Source: Patescibacteria group bacterium (lineage in GTDB: Bacteria > Patescibacteriota > Microgenomatia > UBA1400 > PJMF01). From it: a stretch of DNA of 64,000 bases. Numbering within the stretch: position 1 is the stretch's first letter; every line of letters starts with the position of its first letter. The stretch covers positions 520,539 through 584,538 of the forward strand of contig BOKX01000001.1 of the NCBI GenBank assembly GCA_016861205.1, given 5' to 3'. The notes beneath the pieces were generated by a model. That model had not been told where the DNA came from, searched no databases, and saw only the letters and a list, made by a program, of their open reading frames with translations. Below are positions 56,601 through 64,000 of the stretch, one piece after another. Both the position numbers and the translations under genes were made by a program.

Positions 56601-57251
56601 TTAGACTACTTCGCCTTTATAAATCCAGACTTTAATCCCGACATAACCAGACCGGGTTCGAGCCGGAGCCTGGAAATAATCGATGTTAGCCCGCAGGGTT
56701 TGGGTAGGCACCTTGCCCTGGAAATACTTCTCTGATCGAGCAATTTCTGATCCACCTATTCTACCAGATAAGGCAATCTTGACGCCTTCAGCACCAGCAG
56801 TCATGACTTTTTCCAAAGCTTGCGTAACAGCTCGGCGGTGAGGATAACGCTTGATCAATTGATCAGCAATTCGCTCAGCCACCAGCTTGGCACTCAAATC
56901 TGGTTTCTTGATTTCTTCAACTTTGACATCAACTCGAACTTTGTCTTTCTTTTGCTTTGACACGTTCAAGATTCGCTCGATATCTTTCTTCACATCTTCT
57001 AAGTTAGCGCCACCTTTGCCGATCACGACACCTGGTCGAGATACGTACAAAGTGACTTTAATAGTGGTGATAGATCGATCAATATCAATCTGCACAACAC
57101 CAGCGTTACTGAGCTTAGCCAACAGGTGTTGACGCAGCTTATAGTCCTCAATCACTTGATTTGAGTAGGACTTCGCATCGGCAAACCAACGAGACTTCCA
57201 AGTGAAGGTGTTGCCTAAGCGGAAACCGGTTGGGTTAACTTTTTGTCCCAT
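56601..57251 (-). CDS. rpsC: 30S ribosomal protein S3
   Basis: MGQKVNP.GFRLG, RPG.VIG, SGR.GG.EIAR.E, GIKVWI. Confidence 0.98.
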   Translation of the reverse strand: MGQKVNPTGFRLGNTFTWKSRWFADAKSYSNQVIEDYKLRQHLLAKLSNAGVVQIDIDRSITTIKVTLYVSRPGVVIGKGGANLEDVKKDIERILNVSKQKKDKVRVDVKVEEIKKPDLSAKLVAERIADQLIKRYPHRRAVTQALEKVMTAGAEGVKIALSGRIGGSEIARSEKYFQGKVPTQTLRANIDYFQAPARTRSGYVGIKVWIYKGEVV

Positions 57252-57254
57252 ACG

Positions 57255-57647
57255 TTATTTTGACTCCTTATTGGCTGCAGCCACTTTGGTTTTGGCTGGA
57301 GCGGGCTTAACTTCGTCTTTAGTAACTAAAGTCACCGTCACGTGACTGGTTCGTTTGATTATTTCGTGAGCTCGGCCACGACTCACCGCTTGATAACGGC
57401 GATAACGTGGACCTTCAGTGACATGGATGTCTTTAAGGACCAAGTCACTGAACTGTAAGTGATGATTGTTGATGGCGTTCGCAATTGCTTGCTTCATCAC
57501 CTTCATAATCACCAAAGTGGATTTGCGCTCAATCACAGCCAACTGTCGGATAGCTTGCTCTAAAGGCAGCTTTTTGACAGTATTCGCCACCAATCGCAAC
57601 TTGCGAGGGGTTTGGCGTGAGTAGGATTGTCGAGCTTGAATCTGCAT
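57255..57647 (-). CDS. rplV: 50S ribosomal protein L22
   Basis: PRKLRLVA, A.ANA, RGRA..I.KRTSH.T. Confidence 0.97.
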   Translation of the reverse strand: MQIQARQSYSRQTPRKLRLVANTVKKLPLEQAIRQLAVIERKSTLVIMKVMKQAIANAINNHHLQFSDLVLKDIHVTEGPRYRRYQAVSRGRAHEIIKRTSHVTVTLVTKDEVKPAPAKTKVAAANKESK

Positions 57648-57656
57648 ATACACTCT

Positions 57657-57941
57657 TTACGTCTTGGTTAAGAGCCGTTTGACGACTTTTCCGTGGCCGC
57701 GGAAGGTTCGGGTTGGGGCAAACTCGCCCAATCGGTGACCAACCATGGCTTCACTCACAAATACTTCCACAAACTTACGACCCTGATGCACCATAAAAGT
57801 GTGGCCAACAAAATCTGGAGAAATCACGCAGGCGCGACTCCAAGTTTTGATAGGCTCTTTTTTACCTGAATCCTTCTGCTTCATGACCTTGGTCAGCAGC
57901 TTGGGATCGATAAATGGTCCTTTTTTCGATGATCTTGACAT
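57657..57941 (-). CDS. rpsS: 30S ribosomal protein S19
   Basis: [24 protein letters not shown]. Confidence 0.98.
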   Translation of the reverse strand: MSRSSKKGPFIDPKLLTKVMKQKDSGKKEPIKTWSRACVISPDFVGHTFMVHQGRKFVEVFVSEAMVGHRLGEFAPTRTFRGHGKVVKRLLTKT

Positions 57942-57947
57942 AAGCTG

Positions 57948-58781
57948 TTACTTACTGCGTCTATCTCTCACAATATATTTACTACTCAACTTGCGCTTGT
58001 TGCGAGTCTTGGTACCCAAAGCATGTTTACCCCATGGGGTCTTTGGATACTTGAGACCAACACCACTTCGGCCTTCACCACCACCATGGGGGTGACTGTC
58101 AGGATGCTGGGCCGTACCACGCACAGTTGGCCGGATGCCCATTAATCGTTTGCGTCCGGCTTTACCAATTTTCTGATTTTTATGATCTTGATTTCCGACT
58201 TGGCCGATTGTAGCGAAACACTCGCCATTTATCAATCGGATCTCTCGAGATGGTAACAATACTGTCACCATGTCACCCTCTTTTGCTTGGATGAACGCTG
58301 AGGTACCGGCACCCCGCACAACCTGGGCACCCTTGCCTGGAGTCAGCTCTAAGTTGTGAATAGCGGTACCAACTGGAATCAATCTCAGTGGCAAAGCATT
58401 ACCAACTTTTACTTCAGCTTTATCACCTGACATGACTTCTGCGCCAACGTTCAAACCGTCTGGGGCTACCATGTAGCGTTTTTCGCCGTCTTTATAGACA
58501 ACTAAAGCAACGTGGGCACTGCGCATAGGATCGTACTCTAAACGACTCACTACGGCTGGAATGCCGCGCTTGTCACGACGCCAATCAATGATGCGCATTT
58601 TCTTCTTCACGCCACCACCTCGATGACGCACTGTCACATGACCTTTGTGGCCACGACCTTGGCGCTTAACGTGACCAGTCATCAAAAGTGAGCGTTCTGG
58701 CTCGCCTTTGTAAAGTTCACTGCGATCAACCACAACTTGGTTGCGACGACCGGCACTGGTGGGTTTGCGTACGATTAACAT
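57948..58781 (-). CDS. rplB: 50S ribosomal protein L2
   Basis: [27 protein letters not shown]. Confidence 0.98.
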   Translation of the reverse strand: MLIVRKPTSAGRRNQVVVDRSELYKGEPERSLLMTGHVKRQGRGHKGHVTVRHRGGGVKKKMRIIDWRRDKRGIPAVVSRLEYDPMRSAHVALVVYKDGEKRYMVAPDGLNVGAEVMSGDKAEVKVGNALPLRLIPVGTAIHNLELTPGKGAQVVRGAGTSAFIQAKEGDMVTVLLPSREIRLINGECFATIGQVGNQDHKNQKIGKAGRKRLMGIRPTVRGTAQHPDSHPHGGGEGRSGVGLKYPKTPWGKHALGTKTRNKRKLSSKYIVRDRRSK

Positions 58782-58790
58782 ATAGTTCCG

Positions 58791-59093
58791 TTAGGCTTGG
58801 CCTCCTGATAAATCAAAGAGGGCGATAGTTTGACCTGGTTTTAACATGACTAAAGCTTTTTTGGTCGAACTTTGAACTCGCTTGATGCGTTTGCGACCAG
58901 TGGCTTTTTGACTGCGGTGACCAACGATGGTGTTAACTGAAGTCACTTCCACCTTGTACAGATCTTCCACAGCTTGTTGGATCTGAGTTTTGGAAGCTGA
59001 ACGTGCTACCTCAAAGGTGTATGTGTTAGCCAAACTGGCTAAGCGCAGCGTCTTTTCGGTAATAACTGGTTGTTTCACAATAAACGTATGCAT
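58791..59093 (-). CDS. rplW: 50S ribosomal protein L23
   Basis: PVITEK, F.V, V..VNT, KKA.V.L. Confidence 0.96.
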   Translation of the reverse strand: MHTFIVKQPVITEKTLRLASLANTYTFEVARSASKTQIQQAVEDLYKVEVTSVNTIVGHRSQKATGRKRIKRVQSSTKKALVMLKPGQTIALFDLSGGQA

Positions 59094-59095
59094 GG

Positions 59096-59830
59096 TTACT
59101 TGGTTGCCTTAGCTGTTTTTGCAACTTTTTTGACTGGCTTGGCAGCTGGTTTAGCTTTGGCAACTTTTTTAGGCGCTTCAGCTGCAACTTTTGGCTGCTC
59201 AGCTTTTGCGATGCTAGCCATTAAGCGAGTCTCTAAAACTTTCAGGGCTTCAGCGGTAGTCACGACCTTATCGGCGGCGGCTACTTCTAAGGCGGTCACT
59301 CGACCGGCGGTCATAGTCAACACATTAGCCAAGTTGGCTAAACTGCGAACGACAGCTGGCTGGGTTTCACTCAGGATCACGAGAACTCGAGCGTCTCGAC
59401 CAGCGGCGGTAGCCACTAATTGAGCTGCAGCTTTGGTCTTACCCTTGAGCTCGCTCAGACCATCGTGAATCACGACGTTCTCGATTTGAGCTAAGAGGGC
59501 TGAGTGCAAGGCTTGATGCTTGGCTCGTTGGGGCAGTGATCGCACCCAGTTTTGCATACCGTTTGGACCATGGGAAATACCACCACCAACAAAGATGTTA
59601 GCAGTTCGAGCACCATGACGGGCATTACCTGTCCCTTTTTGCTTAAACCACTTCTTTTTGGTGCGGTTCACTTCGCTACGAGTCTTTACTTTGCTGGTAC
59701 CTTGGCGGGCGTTGCTGCGGTAAACCCGGATGGCTTTGGCCAGTTCTACATCATTGACTTCACCACTCAACCAAGCTGGAAGAGCCATTTGGGACTGAGT
59801 GCCGGTAGTAGTGTAGTGAGTTAATTTCAT
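59096..59830 (-). CDS. rplD: 50S ribosomal protein L4
   Basis: RQGT..KTRSEV, QKGTGNAR.G, GGG..HGP. Confidence 0.97.
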   Translation of the reverse strand: MKLTHYTTTGTQSQMALPAWLSGEVNDVELAKAIRVYRSNARQGTSKVKTRSEVNRTKKKWFKQKGTGNARHGARTANIFVGGGISHGPNGMQNWVRSLPQRAKHQALHSALLAQIENVVIHDGLSELKGKTKAAAQLVATAAGRDARVLVILSETQPAVVRSLANLANVLTMTAGRVTALEVAAADKVVTTAEALKVLETRLMASIAKAEQPKVAAEAPKKVAKAKPAAKPVKKVAKTAKATK

Positions 59831-59834
59831 ATGA

Positions 59835-60617
59835 TTAAGCAGCTACTTCCTCAGTAGTTGGCTGACTTGCTTCGGCTGGTACTTCAGGTTGAGCTTCAGT
59901 TTCAACTTCAGTTGCTGGAGCTGACACTGGCTCTAAACCGGCACTTGCCAAATCTAGCTCAACTGGACGAGTCTCGCCAGTTTTCTCGATGACCACTCGT
60001 GAAGTGGCGAAACCTGGCACTGGGCCACTCAGCCAAACTTCTTTGGTACTTGGATCAATGTGCAATACCACCAAACCTTTAACAGTTTGTGTTTCGGTTC
60101 CAAAGTGACCTGGCATGCGTTGACCCTTGAGAACGCGACCTGGTGTGGTACCAGCACCAATAGAACCGACGGCCCGACCTCGGTCAGATTGACCATGGGT
60201 CTTAGGACCACCGTGGAAACCGTGTCGCTTCATCGCCCCAGCAAAACCGCGACCTTTGGTCACGCCTTGCACTTGGACAACATCGCCAACACTCAGGACT
60301 TGATCTAAAGCAATTTCTTGACCAACTTGGAGAGGAGCGGCTTCGCCCTCGGCAGGTTTGGCAACTCGCAGACCAGTGATTTGTCGAACACCAAATGAAA
60401 AACCACCCTTTTCTAATCTAGAGCGGAGTGGTTTGGACATGTTTTTCAGCTTCTTAGCGCCGTAACCAATTTCGAAAATGAGGTGATCTTGAACTGCAGG
60501 TTGGGTACCGACCACCACGTTAGGTTCGACTTGACAACGTGTGACAGCCACACGTTTACCAGCCTTGGTCCAGGCTTGGGTCATGCCTAATTTGGTCGCA
60601 AACACCGTCGTTACCAT
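59835..60617 (-). CDS. rplC: 50S ribosomal protein L3
   Basis: KLGMT, KGRGFAG.MKRHGF, GSIG, M.GH.G; start could be ATG 60626. Confidence 0.97.
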   Translation of the reverse strand: MVTTVFATKLGMTQAWTKAGKRVAVTRCQVEPNVVVGTQPAVQDHLIFEIGYGAKKLKNMSKPLRSRLEKGGFSFGVRQITGLRVAKPAEGEAAPLQVGQEIALDQVLSVGDVVQVQGVTKGRGFAGAMKRHGFHGGPKTHGQSDRGRAVGSIGAGTTPGRVLKGQRMPGHFGTETQTVKGLVVLHIDPSTKEVWLSGPVPGFATSRVVIEKTGETRPVELDLASAGLEPVSAPATEVETEAQPEVPAEASQPTTEEVAA

Positions 60618-60688
60618 ATATTCCATTATCGAGCCAGCTAGTCAAAGCCTTAACGGCTAAGGGCTGTGTGAGCAAATTGCTCCTCCAT

Positions 60689-61015
60689 TTACATTTTTAT
60701 CTGAATATCAACCCCTGCTGGCAACTCTAAGTGCATCAGGGAATCGATAGTCTTGTTGGTTGGGTTGATAATTTCGATCAACCGCTTGTGAGTTCGAATC
60801 TGGTAGTGCTCTTGTGCATCCTTGTCGGTATGCGGAGACACTAACACGGTGAACCACTTGATGTGGGTTGGCAAAGGAACCGGGCCCACAACTTTGGCTC
60901 CAGTCGAGAGTGCCGTTTCAATAATCTTTTTGGCGGCTTCGTCGATTACACGATGGTCAAACGCTTTGAGTCTGACTCGAATCTTATAACCGGCTGAGGT
61001 TGGACTGGCTACCAT
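60689..61015 (-). CDS. rpsJ: 30S ribosomal protein S10
   Basis: IR.RLKAFD, GPVPLPT, SPH, RTHKRLI, LPAGVD. Confidence 0.98.
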   Translation of the reverse strand: MVASPTSAGYKIRVRLKAFDHRVIDEAAKKIIETALSTGAKVVGPVPLPTHIKWFTVLVSPHTDKDAQEHYQIRTHKRLIEIINPTNKTIDSLMHLELPAGVDIQIKM

Positions 61016-61092
61016 GTTGTACTTTGTTAAATGTCTGGTTAGTTAATTACTACTTGGGCTTGTTGCACCACTGCATACAAACACAGAGCGTG

Positions 61093-61121
61093 ATTATACC
61101 GGTTCAACGACCAGATGTAAA
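61093..61121 (-). promoter_or_regulatory. S10 operon promoter
   Basis: Minus strand TTTACA-17 nt-TATAAT upstream of rpsJ. Confidence 0.75.
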
Positions 61122-61172
61122 TACTTCAGTTTGAAGTGCGTATCTTTTAGTACCAGATCAAAGTTACTGTAT

Positions 61173-61796
61173 CTAAGGCATAACCGAATTTATTTGATCA
61201 GCCAACCATATTCTGAGTTCATATAAAAACACATCTCGCATCTGCTTGAGCTCTATCCACAGCCCCATACCAACAGACTCATCATGCAAGACAGCTTCGA
61301 CCATCGGCAAATCAAAAGCTTGATCAACCAAAGGGGCGGTGGAGTCATAGCTATTGCACGGCACCCGGACCTGAATAGCTAGTTGGGCATCACCTAGGGT
61401 TAACAGAAACGTGTATGACTCCATAAAGCCTGAAAACACCTCTGAAGTCGGTGGTACCTCAAAGACCAGGTCTGGCAATCGATGAACTACATCAATGCTC
61501 TCCCACCTGTCTGGCCGAGTCACATCACTTTGTTGCAAATCATATGCTTCACCAGTGAGGGCTAGTTGTTCCGCATGGACTGGTTGAAAACGGGCCAGTT
61601 TTTGGACTACCTCAGCTTCAGTTCGTTGCTCGCGCTGTGCCAGCAGCTGATAGAGCTCAGGAGCTTCCACCAACATATATCCCCACTTTAAATCGAGCGC
61701 GCGATACTGGACTGACTCAGTTTCTCTGGAAGGATTGCTCATTTCAAACCTATCATACGATTGGTGACGCTCTAGGTCAAAATGTAACCAATACAT
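61173..61796 (-). CDS. Hypothetical protein
   Basis: 207-aa ORF; the real start may be the downstream MSNP. Confidence 0.6.
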   Translation of the reverse strand: MYWLHFDLERHQSYDRFEMSNPSRETESVQYRALDLKWGYMLVEAPELYQLLAQREQRTEAEVVQKLARFQPVHAEQLALTGEAYDLQQSDVTRPDRWESIDVVHRLPDLVFEVPPTSEVFSGFMESYTFLLTLGDAQLAIQVRVPCNSYDSTAPLVDQAFDLPMVEAVLHDESVGMGLWIELKQMRDVFLYELRIWLADQINSVMP

Positions 61797-61832
61797 CTAA
61801 GTGGGTTGGATTTATTTGCAATTAAACAAATA

Positions 61833-62213
61833 TTACTCTGCCTCTAGTGTTTGAAACCCAGCCTCCAGTTCACTAAGAATGGCCATGATTTGGCTTGATT
61901 TTTCAAGCCAGACAATATCACTTGTAATAAAAAGCAACTGAAAAAAGAGTGTAGACTTTTGTTCAATGTGACTATGCAATTTCTTCTCAAAGAGTAACTG
62001 GACAGCAACGGATTCTAAAACCCAGCTTTTAATATTCTTGTTTAAGTAATCGCGTAAAACGTGTGCAAAAACAATTTTTGCTTCTGTTCCTGTCAATTTT
62101 TCTTTTGAAAAGCTAAATTCGTCTAGATACGCTAAAAGTACTTCTTCGGCTGTTGCAGCTAACAAAGGAAAACGTAATTTTTCGTATTTTTTTTTGATGG
62201 TCATAACTCTCAA
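61833..62213 (-). CDS. Hypothetical protein (AT-rich)
   Basis: 126-aa ORF, visibly AT-richer than its neighbours. Confidence 0.5.
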   Translation of the reverse strand: MRVMTIKKKYEKLRFPLLAATAEEVLLAYLDEFSFSKEKLTGTEAKIVFAHVLRDYLNKNIKSWVLESVAVQLLFEKKLHSHIEQKSTLFFQLLFITSDIVWLEKSSQIMAILSELEAGFQTLEAE

Positions 62214-62265
62214 ATTGAAATTGGGGAGAGAAGGTTGACTCCTCTCCCCAAATGGAGGCAGAGAC

Positions 62266-62610
62266 TTATGTAATGATTAAAGAACTTGTCCGACGCTGAA
62301 GCGCATCTTTCCATGTCACTTCGTTGCCGGGGTCCCATCTAATTACGTCTCCGGGGCCATTTGGTCTCTCATGACCACTTCCCACAATGTAGCAATGAGC
62401 GCCCTTGAAAACAACAGTGTCATAGCTTATATGACGATTTATATCTGCGTTATAGTAAACCGTATGATACACATCGTCACCATCCAATGTTGTTCCCATT
62501 CGCTTCTGCTCAACATTTTGGGCATTTCGCAGATCTGTTTTTCTGCCACTGCCATAATACAATTCGCTCAAAATTGCACCTCCTATGCTAACTGGGCGAA
62601 TCCCCTGCAT
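62266..62610 (-). CDS. Hypothetical protein
   Basis: 114-aa ORF followed by a strong hairpin (62221-62252). Confidence 0.5.
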   Translation of the reverse strand: MQGIRPVSIGGAILSELYYGSGRKTDLRNAQNVEQKRMGTTLDGDDVYHTVYYNADINRHISYDTVVFKGAHCYIVGSGHERPNGPGDVIRWDPGNEVTWKDALQRRTSSLIIT

Positions 62611-62697
62611 CCTCGCAATTGAGAATCAGGGACTAACATTATGTTGGTTGCAGTAGAGTTTTGGAATGCATCAAATATACATATCTCATGGAAAATC

Positions 62698-62727
62698 AAA
62701 AAGCCCCTCACAAATGTGAGGGGCTTT
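62698..62727 (-). terminator. tuf intrinsic terminator
   Basis: GCCCCTCAC/GTGAGGGGC hairpin followed by a T-run on the minus strand. Confidence 0.85.
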
Positions 62728-62749
62728 CATTTCTAAAATTACGCCAAAA

Positions 62750-63946
62750 TTATTTGATAACTTTGGTAATGGCACCAGCACCAATGGTGTGACCACCCTC
62801 GCGGATGGCGAAGCGCAAGCCCTCGTTCAGAGCGACTGGCACAATCAGCTTCACACTCATCTTGGCGTTGTCGCCTGGCATGACCATTTCCACACCTTCT
62901 GGGAGTTTGATCTCACCAGTCACGTCAGTGGTTCGGATGTAGAACTGAGGTCGGTAACCAGTGAAGAATGGCTTGTGTCGGCCACCTTCTTCTTTGGTTA
63001 AGATGTACACTTCAGCCTCGAACTCGGTGTGAGGAGTCACGGTACCTGGTTTGGCCAGTACTTGACCACGCTCGACGTCGTCTTTTTCGATGCCTCGCAA
63101 GAGGATACCGACGTTGTCACCAGCTTGACCCTCGTCCAGCATTTTGCGGAACATTTCGACACCAGTAACGGTAGTCTTTCGAGTGTCTTTCAAGCCAACA
63201 ACTTCGATTTCTTCACCAACTTTGATCTTGCCTGAGTCGATACGACCAGTCACGACGGTACCACGACCCTTGATTGAGAAGACGTCTTCAACGCCCATCA
63301 AGAATGGTTTGTCGAGGTCACGAACTGGATCTGGGACGTACTCGTCGACAGTGTTCATCAGTTCCATGATCTTGTCTTGGTAGGTGGCATCACCTTCCAA
63401 AGCTTTGAGAGCTGAAACACGGACGATAGGAGTGTTGTCACCATCGTAACCGTATTTACTCAGCAACTCGCGGATTTCCATCTCAACGAGGTCGAGCAGT
63501 TCAGCGTCATCGACCATGTCACATTTGTTGAGAGCCACGACCAATTTTGGCACGTTGACCTGTTTGGCCAACAGAATGTGCTCTCGAGTTTGTGGCATAG
63601 GACCGTCGGTCGCAGCCACCACCAAAATAGCACCGTCCATCTGGGCGGCACCGGTGATCATGTTCTTGATGTAGTCAGCGTGACCTGGAGCGTCGATGTG
63701 AGCGTAGTGACGCTTGGCGGTTTCGTACTCTAAGTGTGAGATGTTAATAGTAACACCACGAGCTGCCTCTTCAGGAGCGTTGTCGATGTCACCATAACCC
63801 ATAGCCTTGTTCAAAGGTGATGGAACCTTGGCAGCCAAAGTTGTAGTGATGGCGGCTGACAGGGTGGTTTTACCATGGTCAACGTGACCGATGGTACCAA
63901 TGTTGACGTGAGGTTTGTTGCGAACAAACTTTTGGGCGTCTGCCAT
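62750..63946 (-). CDS. tuf: Elongation factor Tu
   Basis: [40 protein letters not shown]. Confidence 0.99.
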   Translation of the reverse strand: MADAQKFVRNKPHVNIGTIGHVDHGKTTLSAAITTTLAAKVPSPLNKAMGYGDIDNAPEEAARGVTINISHLEYETAKRHYAHIDAPGHADYIKNMITGAAQMDGAILVVAATDGPMPQTREHILLAKQVNVPKLVVALNKCDMVDDAELLDLVEMEIRELLSKYGYDGDNTPIVRVSALKALEGDATYQDKIMELMNTVDEYVPDPVRDLDKPFLMGVEDVFSIKGRGTVVTGRIDSGKIKVGEEIEVVGLKDTRKTTVTGVEMFRKMLDEGQAGDNVGILLRGIEKDDVERGQVLAKPGTVTPHTEFEAEVYILTKEEGGRHKPFFTGYRPQFYIRTTDVTGEIKLPEGVEMVMPGDNAKMSVKLIVPVALNEGLRFAIREGGHTIGAGAITKVIK

Positions 63947-64000
63947 ATTTGTTTCCTCCAGTGAGTACGATTTAACTGTACCTACTTGTTATTACGTATT

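Noticed and set aside
58131-58133. Genome-wide reassignment of CGG to Ala, suggested by the Ala-acceptor/CCG RNA
   Set aside because: CGG encodes the conserved Arg of the L2 RPTVRG motif at this position, so CGG appears to remain Arg in the host.
267-63651. The many 60-190-aa ORFs nested in or antisense to recognised genes
   Set aside because: Shadow frames with no motifs or start signals.

Overview
A chromosomal segment that looks like a Patescibacteria/CPR bacterium, probably Microgenomates. This is inferred from the missing rpmD/uL30 between rpsE and rplO, the dense glycosyltransferase content and many leaderless-looking genes. Bases 1-28.2 kb and 32.9-38.8 kb form a large cell-surface glycosylation locus: GT2/GT4 enzymes, about nine GT-C-type membrane glycosyltransferases, a Wzx flippase, an LCP protein, rfbB/rfbD, ugd, gmd/rmd, polyprenol-P-sugar synthases and a lamin-tail Pro/Thr-rich surface protein. 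Bases 38.8-43.4 kb hold an HU-like protein and an ABC-2 exporter. Bases 43.5-64 kb are the minus-strand tuf/S10/spc/alpha/rplM-rpsI cluster with a few inserted hypothetical genes. The most unusual part is an RNA-rich block at 28.2-32.9 kb. (1) A 68-nt tRNA-like gene (30645-30712, minus) has an alanine-type acceptor (G3:U70, A73), a CCG (Arg) anticodon loop and a shrunken D-arm. Directly downstream is a ~73-nt sRNA with its own promoter and terminator, complementary to that D-arm and anticodon loop. Together they are a candidate mistranslating-tRNA / antisense-RNA toxin-antitoxin or regulatory pair. (2) A ~135-nt structured 5' leader with compensatory base changes occurs twice, each time ahead of an exported protein, and the two promoters share a GCCTATAA box near a winged-helix protein gene. 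All calls are from reading the sequence; no searches were run.
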